A stretch of DNA of 64,000 nucleotides from assembly GCA_032718475.1 (NCBI GenBank), contig JAUCBJ010004458.1:1-64000 (forward strand). Direction: 5' to 3'. The notes beneath the pieces are model-generated. The model saw only the letters and a list, made by a program, of their open reading frames with translations, had not been told where the DNA came from and did no database searches. The stretch comes from Nemertoderma westbladi. Its lineage: Eukaryota; Animalia; Xenacoelomorpha. Below are positions 1 through 13,000 of this stretch, piece after piece (the stretch's first letter is position 1; each line of letters opens with the position of its first letter). The translations under genes and the position numbers were made by a program.

Positions 1-1100
1 ACCAGAGGCAACCCGAAGGCTCCTCTCTACCAGAGGCAACCCGAAGGCTCCTCTCTACCAGAGGCAACCCTAAGGCTCCTCTCTCCTGGAGGCAACCCGA
101 AGGCTCCTCTCTACCAGAGGCAACCCGGAGGCTCCTCTCTACCGGAGCCAAGCCGAAGGCTCCTCTCTACCTTAGGTATCCCGAAGGCTCCTCTCTATAA
201 GAGGCAACCCGAAGACTCCTCTCTACTGGAAGCAACACGAAGGCTCCTCTCTAATGGAGCCAAGCCGAAGGCTCCTCTATACTGGAGGCAACCCGAAGAC
301 TCCTCTCTACCTACTGGAGGCAACACGAAGGTTCCTCTCTACCTGAGCCAAGCCGAAGGCTCCTCTCTACCTTAGGTATCCCGAAGGTTCCTCTCTTCCA
401 GAAGCAACCCGAAGGCACCTCTCTCCTGGAGGCAACCCGAAGGCTCCTCTCTCCTGGAGGCAACCCGAAGGCTCCTCTCTACCGGAGGCAACCCGAAGGC
501 TCTTCTCTACCGGAGCCAAGCCGAAGGCTCCTCTCTACCTTAGGTATCCCGAAGGCTCCTCTCTACCTTAGGTATCCCGAAGGTTCCTCTCTACCGGAGG
601 CAACCCGAAGTTTCCTCTCTTCCAGAAGCAACCCGAAGGCACATCTCTCCTGGAGGGAACCCGAAGGCTCCTCTCTCCTGGAGGCAACCCGAAGGCTCCT
701 CTCTACCAGAGGCAACCCGAAGGCTCCTCTCTACCGGAGCCAAGCCGAAGGCTCCTCTCTACTGGAGGCAACCCGAAGACTCCTCTCTACTGGAGGCAAC
801 ACGAAGGCTCCTCTCTAATGCAGCCAAGCCGAAGGCTCCTCTCTCCTGGAGGCAACCCGAAGACTCCTCTCTACCGGAGCCAAGCCGAAGGCTCCTCTCT
901 ACCTTAGGTATCCCGAAGGCTCCTCTCTACCGGAGCCAAGCCGAAGGCTCCTCTCTACCTTAGGTATCCCGAAGGCTCCTCTCTACCGGAGCCAAGCCGA
1001 AGGCTCCTCTCTACCGGAGGCAAGCCGAAGGCTCCTCTCTACCTTAGGTATCCTGAAGGCTCCTCTCTACCTTAGGTATCCCGAAGGTTCCTCTCTACCT
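1..1100. repeat. 28-bp minisatellite (ACCGGAGGCAACCCGAAGGCTCCTCTCT), about 39 units, runs off the left edge
   Basis: Period of 28 visible directly (accagagg at 1 and 29); variant units ggagccaagccg and cttaggtatccc are interspersed. Confidence 0.97.
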
Positions 1101-3567
1101 GAACCAATTTGGGATGGGAGGCACCCGAGAGCTATTTTATTCTGTCGGTTACCTGTTAGATGAGGGATGAGGACACACCAAGGACTAATGTTGCACAATA
1201 AAAAAACATAAAAAATAAAATCGTTAGCATATTAAACGATTGAAAATAATCTTATCAATTAACTGTTGGATTTATGGATTTCTCTATAAACCCATTATTT
1301 TGTACATAGCGAATCTAATATGATACAACCCTCACTCAAGGTTATTGGATAATGACACTATCAATCTTATTTGAAATATATTACCAAATGGCTGTGACAA
1401 CTGTTAGTAATTAGCTTACTGCCCATTTCGGAATTTGACACAAAACTTGGAAGCATGCCATTAGGTTGCCTGTCAAAAAATCCTGCAGATTTTGTTCCAA
1501 TTTAAATGGCAAATTAAGGCGACGTGAAGGAACCGAAAGTTGTTCCTAATGACCCAGCAGTGTAGGAACTAACTGCCTTTATATTGGATTGAGCAGTGAT
1601 CACTGATCATTTACGTGGTCGTTGTAAATTAATTTACTGATAACAACCTCAGGCTTATTCCTCTCTGCAGCTCATATGGTGTCAGTTGAAGTTGCTGATT
1701 GATTAGGGCGTGTCGATAGTTGGAGATACGTGAGTGTGGGGGAATGAGGTACTAGAGTTTACGGAATGTGAAATACGTCAGGGATAAAAAGTATTATCTA
1801 CTAGCATTTCGTTTTTCCAAGTTCAAACACTTATGCAAATTGCCCGGGCCAGTAATTTACTCCTCGTCCCCAATGCCAATATTATATAGTCAGTCTTTAT
1901 GGATGAGTGCTAAAAAAAATTTCAATCGTGCTAAGCACGTTTTTGCTTCGTGTTCAGTTAGTTACATAAAACATAAGTCATGTTTTGTCACTATGATTAT
2001 TTTTGGCATAGGGGCGCAAATTGACCGCAAGTTAAATAACTGATAACACTGAGCTTCTGTAACCTGCACCTTTCACTAAAAGCATAGTTGGTGTTTGTAA
2101 TTTTGCTTCATAAACTCATTTTCGAAAATAAAAAATATTTTGAAAATTATCACGTATGGCAATTCCGGTAACCCATGTTTAACATCTGTAACAATTAGTT
2201 GTCCAAAAGTATCTATTACCCTTTGTGGAAAAAAAAGTATTAGATTTATCATACTATACTAATAAATAATTTATTGGCATAATTTAATCGTTAATCATAA
2301 ACTGACAAATTTATAATTGTATCGAAACGATAGATAATTGATTAGTCTTTCTTCGGGGAAGTGTATGCACGTTACTTTCCACACATTCCACATTCATATT
2401 ATATTTATTGTACATAAATTAATATATTACAGTTAGTTACGGTATGTAAGAATGTGTTATATAATTAATAACGTCAAACTATTGCCAACTTTGGCTATTA
2501 ACTGTGGCGGCGCAGGATAAACCACTGGCTCAGACACTGAACCCACTCCCTGATCTAATTATTGTGTAGTAATCATTACAACCATACATACATAACGTTA
2601 CGCATTCCAAAAGATTTTAAGAACATGTTAAGCGACATTATATGGCCTACCCTACGGTTTACTAATACATATTATTTAATTTATTTGTTTATTATGTTGA
2701 CATATTTCAGCCGTACAATAAGGTTAAGGCGTATTATGTTTACTTATCTTCTTATCTTACTAGGTTGCATTTTTTTGGTGAATCATTAAAATCTGGTAGG
2801 TGCTCTGTATTAAAATCGTAGAAATATTATCGAGTAAACATTAAATATTAGGATATAGAGTGGGATTCCATTTATGTTCTATTGTAATTTCGTTGAAACT
2901 GCAGTACAGAAATTGAATTTAAACGTTCTGTCCGTCATTTACAATGGCATGCATTAATTCGAACAACAAATAAAGAACCCTTTGCGCAATACAATATTGT
3001 TTGGTTTCCACCGGAATTCTTTTTGTTTACGTTTATAGTTAGTTATATTCACTGACATCGTCACTGCGATTGGGTTAGTTTTAATACATATTAATAATTG
3101 TGCTGTATTGCTGATATTATTGTTGCAATGGAAAGCGATATATGTCCAGACGGATAATTCAAACTATATTATATTGGGCTTAATAATAACTGATTAGTAG
3201 TTACATATCTTTAGACAGTTTAGTCTGCTCTGCTATTGATATCCAATATAATTTAATTTGTTTTCTGACTCATAATGATAGGAAAGTCTTTAAAAAATTG
3301 TTAGTTACCTTTTTATTTCAAATATTGCTTTAGTTTATAGTTTACGCATTATTAAACATGTGGGAATTGAAGAGAAAATTAGCCCGACTTTAGTAGAAAT
3401 TACCTGCATTTTATGTTATATTTCATAGGTTTAACACTTATATAATGCTTATTGGGAATGGGAATTTAATTTGTTTTTTTTTATAGTTTTTATTTATTTT
3501 GTAAATTAAACATTAATTTATTCTTTGTCTTGTGGCAATACAAAACATAATTTACACTGGTTTTGCT

Positions 3568-4042
3568 ATGAATATAATATTAGCCAATCCGGAAGACCTG
3601 CCTGACTCACCCGGACCCCGTAAACAGTTCCAGATGTCTCGGCGAAGTAGCAGTCCGGCCCAAGCCTTGCGGTACATCGAAACCGAACTGCAGAAGAAAA
3701 AATACCGTTCGGCCGCGCAATTTGCAGATGCGCTGCCCGCGCCGGTGTTTAAATCGATCTGCAACGAAATGCCGATGAGGGAGATCTTCAAAGACCTCCC
3801 CGTGAGCGCCGTGTTCCTACATACTATGCTGACGCGGGCGCTCTATCTCGGGTGTAAGTCCTGCTTCCCCAGTGCGGAGTTGTGTAAACTCGCCGATCAA
3901 TTGGTTCTGTTTCTCTCGTTGGAGGAGGACAATTCCTTCCCTGCGCTTGTCGACGACGATCATCTGAAAGCCTGTGGAAATCTAATGGGCTTGTTGATTC
4001 GTTGTGAGGACAGTGTAGGGAAACATCTAGCGGAACAGTTAG
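3568..4042 (+). CDS. MIEAP-domain gene, first visible coding exon
   Basis: GC-rich open frame (ALRYIETELQKKKY...GKHLAEQL) ending at TAG|GTAAGG. Confidence 0.8.
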
Positions 4043-7000
4043 GTAAGGTAATAATATCGGGAAACATCTAGTGGAACAGTTAGGTAAGGTAATAATGTCG
4101 GGAAACATCTAGCGGAACAGTTAGGTAAGGTAATAATGTCGGGAAACATCTAGCGGAACAGTTAGGTAAGGTAATAATGTCGTGAAACATCTAGCGGAAC
4201 AGTTAGGTAAGGTAATAATGTCGGGAAACATCTAGCGGAACAGTTAGGTAAGGTAATAATGTCGGGAAACATCTAGCGGAACAGTTAGGTAAGGTAATAA
4301 TGTCGGGAAACATCTAGCGGAACAGTTAGGTAAGGTAATAATGTCGGGAAACATCTAGCGGAACAGTTAGGTAAGGTAATAATGTCGGGAAACATCTAGC
4401 GGAACAGTTAGGTAAGGTAATAATGTCGGGAAACATCTAGCGGAACAGTTAGGTAAGGTAATAATAATGTCGTGAAACATCTAGCGGAACAGTTAGGTAA
4501 GGTAATAATATCGGGAAACATCTAGCGGAACAGTTAGGTAAGGTAATAATGTCGGGAAACATCTAGCGGAACAGTTAGGTAAGGTAATAATAATGTCGTG
4601 AAACATCTAGCGGAACAGTTAGGTAAGGTAATAATATCGGGAAACATCTAGCGGAACAGTTAGGTAAGGTAATAATGTCGTGAAACATCTAGCGGAACAG
4701 TTAGGTAAGGTAATAATGTCGGGAAACATCTAGCGGAACAGTTAGGTAAGGTAATAATGTCGTGAAACATCTAGCGGAACAGTTAGGTAAGGTAATAATA
4801 TCGGGAAACATCTAGCGGAACAGTTAGGTAAGGTAATAATGTCGGGAAACATCTAGCGGAACAGTTAGGTAAGGTAATAATGTCGTGAAACATCTAGCGG
4901 AACAGTTAGGTAAGGTAATAATAATGTCGTGAAACATCTAGCGGAACAGTTAGGTAAGGTAATAATATCGGGAAACATCTAGCGGAACAGTTAGGTAAGG
5001 TAATAATGTCGTGAAACATCTAGCGGAACAGTTAGGTAAGGTAATAATGTCGGGAAACATCTAGCGGAACAGTTAGGTAAGGTAATAATGTCGTGAAACA
5101 TCTAGCGGAACAGTTAGGTAAGGTAATAATATCGGGAATCATCTAGCGGAACAGTTAGGTAAGGTAATAATGTCGGGAAACATCTAGCGGAACAGTTAGG
5201 TAAGGTAATAATGTCGTGAAACATCTAGCGGAACAGTTAGGTAAGGTAATAATGTCGGGAAACATCTAGCGGAACAGTTAGGTAAGGTAATAATGTCGGG
5301 AAACATCTAGCGGAACAGTTAGGTAAGGTAATAATGTCGTGAAACATCTAGCGGAACAGTTAGGTAAGGTAATAATGTCGTGAAACATCTAGCGGAACAG
5401 TTAGGTAAGGTAATAATGTCGGGAAACATCTAGCGGAACAGTTAGGTAAGATAATTTTGTTTGGAGACATCTAGCGGAAACAGTTTGGATAATATTGTCG
5501 GGAGACATCTAGCGGAATAGTTTAGTTAGATAATAATGTCAGGATATATGTAGCGGCACAGTTAGGTAAGATAAGATCGTTAGGTAAGACATTATTTGTA
5601 GGGAGACATCTAGCGGATGGTTTAGGTAAGATACTAATGTCGAGAAACATCTTGCGGAATAGTTTAGTTAGATAATAAATAATGTCGGGAGACATCTAGC
5701 GGAACAGTTAGGTGAGGAAATAAATACTGCCTGGAGACATCTAGCGAAATAGTTTAGTTAGATAATAATGTCGGGAGACATCTAGCGGAACAGTTAGGTA
5801 AGGTAATAAATACTGCCTGGAGACATCTAGTTGACGGGATAGGTTAGATAGTAATGTCGGGAGACATCTAGCGGAACAGTTAGGTAAGGTAATAAATACT
5901 GCCTGGAGACATCTAGTGGACGGGATAGGTTAGATAGTAATGTCGGGAGACATCTAGCGGAACAGTTAGGTAAGGTAATAAATACTGCCTGGAGACATCT
6001 AGTGGACGGGATAGGTTAGATAGTAATGTCGGGAGACATCTAGCGGAACAGTTAGGTAAGGTAATAAATACTGCCTGGAGACATCTAGTGGACGGGATAG
6101 GTTAGATAGTAATGTCGGGAGACATCTAGTGGAACAGTTAGGTAAGGTAATAAATACTGCCTGGAGACATCTAGCGGAACAGTTAGGTAAGGTAATAAAT
6201 ACTGCCTGGAGACATCTAGTGGACGGGATAGGTTAGATAGTAATGTCGGGAGACATCTAGTGGAACAGTTAGGTAAGGTAATAAATACTGCCTGGAGACA
6301 TCTAGTGGACTACTAGGATCGGCATGCTGCATTGCAGCTGCATTTTTAAGAATGCTGTGCCGGCTTGTCAACAAAATTGCACCGCCACAACTCCCTATCA
6401 CCCATGACATTTGCTAGATCATCCGCATCTTTAAGGCCAGTGTCCTTTAAGATGCGTCTCAAGAAAGTCATGGGCTGTCCACCATGCTTATTCACTCCAT
6501 GAGGCTGCCAAAGTACAAGATTATGCACTGGCTGGTCCTCACGGCGAAAGCAATGTCCTGCAAAGCGGAGGCGATTTTGTTCTAGAGTCAAGCTTGGGGG
6601 AACCAATGAGACACCTCCAATGTTATATAGTGTCTGGTTGGAAATGTGTGCATTGTACTTGACACAATGAACCCGGCGTAGCATCTAGTGGACGGGATAG
6701 GTTAGATAGTAATGTCGGGAGACATCTAGTGGAACAGTTAGGTAAGGTAATAAATACTGCCTGGAGACATCTAGTGGAACAGTTAGGTAAGGTAATAAAT
6801 ACTGCCTGGAGACATCTAGTGGACGGGATAGGTTAGATAATAATGTCATAAGCTACTATATTTTCGTTGTTTCTCAAACACTTTTATGCGTTTCCAATTT
6901 CCATAGTTACCAAATTATTTATTTATTTGTTAGCCTTACACGAGAAGACTATTGAACGTCTGGGACAGCATGGCTTCGTTAACAGAGCCGGTCGGCAGTG

Positions 7001-10000
7001 TCATCTTCACGAAGGTATCCGTCTACAGTTCGATAGTTACCTTGCCGACATGCGGGCGGCTTGTCATCGTTTAGATGCGACGCCCCGAACTAGTAATAAC
7101 GATTTACTACCGACAAGGTTGGTGTTATTAATATATCAATATACAAAATACGTTCACCCAATTACAGGAGACAGGGAGGGGGGGGGGCTGTACGCAAATC
7201 CCATCTTGGCGAATTAATATCTCGCCTCCATGTTAAATTCTCAATTTAGGGAAAGGAGCAGGTTACAGTGGCACGTTATTTTAACTAAAACAATAAACTA
7301 AATACCATAGAAAAGGTTACAGTTTTATCTTTGAGAGTAATCAGCTGTTATTTGCGTCCAAGTTCCCCTGGAGAGAGATGAATTTTTATTGCGTCCAGTT
7401 TTCCCCTTATCTGAATTCCAGATATGTGTCTCGCCTGCTTAATAGAATCATTCGAACTAACGGTTAACAGTAGAAATGTTATGTAATTCAAACTACTACT
7501 GTACTAAAAACAATTAAACCACGTCAACTGTCTGTATATATGGAACCAAAGATCTACTGTATGTCCGAGTTCGCTCAACCTAGTAGTAGTAGTATTTGGA
7601 TTATGGAACCAAGCATACTACAATTTATCTAAACTGAAAGTTTCATTCCACCTCTATACCGCCCGCATACTTGCATTATTATACTGAAACAAAAACTGAA
7701 TAACTTCCAGTACCATGGCGTAACATGCTACTGTAGTTGCAAGACTACAATATTGTGCATATTTACATCACCTTTTCTCACTGCCTTTTCAGGTATAGTC
7801 ACCAACGGTTGATGGTTTCTAACGAGTCGGACGTCCAAGACAGATTGATAAATAATCAGAAACTGATGACGGCCATCGCCCCTGCTGTTGGCACCTCGAA
7901 GGCGGATATCGACAAACTCATTGAGGAACTTAGGGTGCGGATCGATGGTGACAAAGAGGCATTACGGTAAATCTCGCAATAAATATTGAAATTTAACCGA
8001 ATCGTTGAAATTAGTAGCAACTTTACAAACAGCGACAGTCTCACAAGGAAGTTATTACGTCCTGTAATGAGAACGAGAGTGCTCGAGTTTCCAATAAAGT
8101 ACTGATCTGGAATCAATTTGGAATTTGACGGCTTTGAATCGAGTGCCGTTGGATTGTTTACATATTCCGTCCAGAGTTAAAATAAATAATATGTTGATTT
8201 TAGTATAGTAATACAGTATACGAATATACGACATTATTAAAATTCATCCTCAGTACTTTTGCCGACTGCTGTAATTGAATAATTACAGAGGCAGCCGGTA
8301 TTATTTTAGATATCAGATCGGCTGCCTTATTTATAATTATAATTAGGATGTGAATGCACATGGGCTTGATCAGATAAACTCTCGACCTCTCTTGTCTATT
8401 GTAATAATGCGGAACCGTAACTACTGTAGGAAGTTTAGGCTACTGTATTGTAAAATCCAAGCAGGTGAGATACTTGGAAACAAACCCCTCCAGTAGTCAG
8501 TAGGCCTAATTGGGAAGAACAATTCCAATGAACCAATATTATATTGTGCCAGGTGGAAAAACAAAGTAACTTAGGAAAGCAAGTAGGAAAGAAACTTGTT
8601 TGGAAATTTATTATAAACGTATCTTGCCCATAACGCCACCCCCCACCCCCCAACCCCCTGCCCAAACATTAAAAATAAATATTATACCTTAAAATCATTA
8701 AAACTAAATCCCTGCGAATTAACAATGTTAAATATCAAGTAATGGAATGGATCCGCACGTTACAGCGACTGGTTAATTTAACCAAATCAATAAATAGGAG
8801 TCAGTCAATTGCATTTTGAATTTTTGAGAGTAAATCAGCTGTTATTTGAGTTGATTTTCCCCTGGAGAGGGATGCATTTTTATTGCGTCGAAATTACTGA
8901 AATACATAATGTTTATCTTTTTGTGGTGGTTTCGAAAAATATTGACAATTCTGATAATATATATTTTATAGGTTATTTAACGACAGACGTAAAGATAGAC
9001 GATTTGACGGGAGTATTCCGATTCTTTCTGTTCTAATGGAACACGCGAAAGCCCTACAAACAGCCGCCAACATTGCCAAGTTTGATAGCATCGCCCCTAT
9101 TGGTTCCAGTACCATTCCAAGAAGTAAAAACCAAACAAGAAGTAGAAACGATGAAAGCCCACGGTCTGATATCGTTGATGGTAAGTTATGTAGTTCAGAG
9201 TTCTCTTGAAATTGTTGATGGTATTACATATTATTGGGTCCACGTAGCGAGACCTCTAGTATTGTCTCTGTTGTTGTTGTTGTTGGTGTTGGTGGTGTTG
9301 TTGTTGTTAATTTCCACTTTGGTTTTGGTATTAGGGCTTAGTTGGCAGGCTTAGGGCAGTGGCTCAGTTGGCAAAGCGTCGGACTTGGAATCTCTAGTTA
9401 CCGAGTTCAATCGCCTCATTCCGGTGAATTTTTTGTTGTTGTAAGATTGGTATTAAGCCATTCAAGGAGACATTTCAATGAGTTAGTAGACTCGGACCTT
9501 TGCGCGATTTGGCGCATGTTATGTACTTTAGGTGCGATGGCTTAAATGTTGGTCAGATTCATTGACTCCTAAACTCATGCGACGTATTAGGCGCTATGCC
9601 TATGTAGGGTACAAGGTAATACAAATAAACGATCAATCAAAGACAAAAATAGAGATACACAAAATGTACAAATAATAACTAATAAAGCTGCAATGAAATT
9701 CTTAACCTCAGCTCAGATATTGTTCAAAGGTAACGAAGTCGTTAAACACTTGTATGTATTTTTTTTTAGGATCCCATGCCCTGAGCAATGGCGACATAGT
9801 GGTCAACGGCAATCGGCACGGTGTAGGAGCAGAAGGCGTTGAACATGTATCCGAAACTGAAACTAATCACAGACTTCGGATGGAATTAGCGGCCGTTCGC
9901 CAGCAAGTAGAGAAATTATCATCGAGAGAAGATATATTAACTCAAAGGTTAGATATTAAACTATAAAATGATTTGTTACCGTTGTAAATTCATGTTAACG

Positions 10001-13000
10001 AGAATGCCTCATGGAGAAAGCAATAAGTATTTGAGGAAGGATCGGCCGCGGGCTAAACCAGCTTATTGCATTTTTCCATATAATAGTGAACTACCTCCGA
10101 ACTAGTTTGACAATTTCCCTCCAATTTTAATTTATGAAACGGTTCGTTGATTATCTGTTCGTAAAAATGTAGTTATTAGAAAAAGCAAAACTAATTTAAT
10201 ATTTATTATACTGTATATTACATTGCCGTAAACCATGGTGCCGGACCGGTGCGGTGGTAATCAATCCACTCCCAAGTCACAACAGTATCCCCGATAGATC
10301 TCCTCAATCTCCCACTGATCAATATCTTTCTCCACTAAAACACAAATCATGGAACCAACTGCATCCGCTACAGAAAACACAAATATGAAGAATTATTCCT
10401 TTCCGAATTAGAATTACCATTTGCATACAATTATTTATCTGCACTAAATACATGAGTATTCATACTACTGTAACAAACGAGTCGACCCCGCCTGAGAGTT
10501 AGTAATTTTCAGTGGCCCCGGTTGATCCATAATTTCCAAAAGTTTGCTCACATTGACCGCATGGGAAAAGTGATTTCCAGCGTAAATTTGATGTTCGCAA
10601 ATGAAATAAAGTTTCTTGGATAGATATTTTTACAGAACACAAGCGAACACACAAAAACACACCCGAACACACTCCAAAAACCGCCGAACACAAATTCGGT
10701 CGCACAAAAAAAAGGTTACATACGTTAGATGGGCAATGGGCAGGCGCAGAGATGCTGAGATGTGCTAGGCGGTGCAGCCGCCATAGCATCGGTAAAGATA
10801 GATACCGACATCCGTGCACCAACACTGTCTGACGGGTAGTTCTTTTTACAGAACACAAGCGAACACACAAAAACACACCCGAAAACACTCCAAAAACTGC
10901 CGAACACAATCGAACACAGTCGAAAATAGAAAGAGCACAAAAAATGACACCGGGTACGAACTTTTAGATAAAATTAGCCACGCGTTGCTTTTCTATAAGA
11001 AAATTCCCGAAATTATTGAATCAAATTGTCGCGAAATTAAATATTCATTTCTTATCAAGTAGGCCTATCATTTGCTGTGTACTGCTGTACTGTATAACAA
11101 ACTATGTAGTGAAGCCTACTGGGGTCCCGTACCTGTCACATATATAGTAATTGCGGGTTAGCTAATAGGCCTATTTGCCTGTGTACTGGAATAGCTTGGT
11201 CTGGGACTGATTGCTGAGGATATGAATTACTGTAGGGAGTTTAGCCAGTTACCGTACATGACCGTCATGACACACGGTACAACAAGGGTACCGGTACCTA
11301 CCTGTCTACTCCTGCACTGGAATTTAAAGAGCTGGGTCTTAGTTAAGTACCTACCCTGGCAGGTACCGGTAGGCCTAGGGATATCTGTCCCAGTGCTACC
11401 ACACTTATCTTAGGCCTACTACTTTGTTAAATTATTAGTTGTCGGCTTAGGCTAGGCCTGATCTGATAAGAAATGAATATTTAATTTCGCGACAATTTTA
11501 TTCAATAATTTCGGGAATTTTCTTATAGAAAAGCAACGCGTGGCTAATTTTATCTAAAAGTTGGTAACCGGTGTTATTTTTTTGTGCTCTTTCTATTTTC
11601 GACTGTGTTCGATTGTGTTCGGCTGTTTTTGGATTGTGTTCGGGTGTGTTCTTGTGTGTTCGCTTGTGTTCTGTAAAAAGAACTATCCAAGTTTCTTTAT
11701 TGTTTTGGTTAGAAAACACCGCCACTGTGACGTTTTAAATTAAATTAATTATTTAAACTCAATGAATACATAATCATGGTGTTATTATTATATAATTTGA
11801 GATAATAATAATTACTGAGGCCTACATTAAAAAAAAGCCATAAGTTAATTTTACTTTATGCGGCTTATTGCGGACTATCGAACCCCTCAGACACACCCCT
11901 ACCCGTCTCCGTGTAGGACATGTAGGAGTTGCGCGTTACTCCATATCTGCAATAATTGTTCCGTCGATGGGTCTTCTCTAGACAGTACCGGTAGTAGTTC
12001 GGGTCTCCCGGGTTATTCTCGCGTCATCGCCACGTATAAATCAGGGACCGATTGACCAGCCTATACCACCTAACTACTGTACTTGCGCTACAGTACTAGT
12101 CTAAAATAGTGTATCTGTACATAACCAAGTGCTGCACGCGGTGTAACATTTCCCATTATAAAGAAAGTCTAGAAATTCTATGATTCCGTATTTCTATTTC
12201 TCCCAATTATATTTCCGGAGCGATCTTAAATCTAAAGAGGAGTTGGTAAGGCAAATTTAATAATAAAGCGATTGCCATCTTAATAATTACATTATCTTCC
12301 TATCCCGATTCTTGGTAAATTTTTTGGTTTTTAAATAAATACTATGAAACGCCGTTGACACCAAAGTTTATCACTACTCACCAAAGTACAGTAGGTACAG
12401 TACAAACTTAGTGCGACAACATTTATGTCTCAGTAACTTGAGCCGTTGAGGCCATATTTATAGGCGGGAATTTAAACAGTAGGATTTTGGACGGGCATAA
12501 GATAACCATAGAAAACCCATACTTGGGGTAAAGTAGTACATTTTTTGACTATTAATTCCCGAGAGAGTCGAGAGAATATTAAAAATATAGTGTACGTTTT
12601 TTTCCCATACAGTAGTAATACGCAATATTCTCGTAGACCAAGACTAGACTCTCCTGATTCATGGTTCCACCACTCCTCTGACAACCCCAGTCTCTGCAAT
12701 AGTCTGACACTGACGTTGTGCTTTATGACTCAAGGGAACCCCGGAGACACATCAGGGATGAGTTCACCAAAGCAAAGTTTAATTTGGTGCGGACTAACGA
12801 CACCGTGGATAACACCGGTAGTGGCAACAACAAATGAACAGAAACCCGCATGTTCTTTGAAATTTATGCGTTCCTCATATTTGCGGCGCTTCCCTCCTCC
12901 TGCTTGCTATATGAAGCAGTAATCGACCGGGGATTGGAAACGCAAAGAGGATTGACGTCTATAAGCGTCCGATCGAATTGTCCTCCCCACAGTGCACTCA

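Noticed and set aside
1099-1760. Possible minus-strand exons next to the 28-bp array (1099-1184 open in one frame; GTAAGC donor near 1419)
   Set aside because: The upstream segment has stops in all frames and I recognise no homology, so a gene cannot be supported
4018-6850. CRISPR-like appearance of the regular 28-61 bp arrays
   Set aside because: Units are head-to-tail with no unique spacers, no cas genes are present, and the context is eukaryotic and intronic
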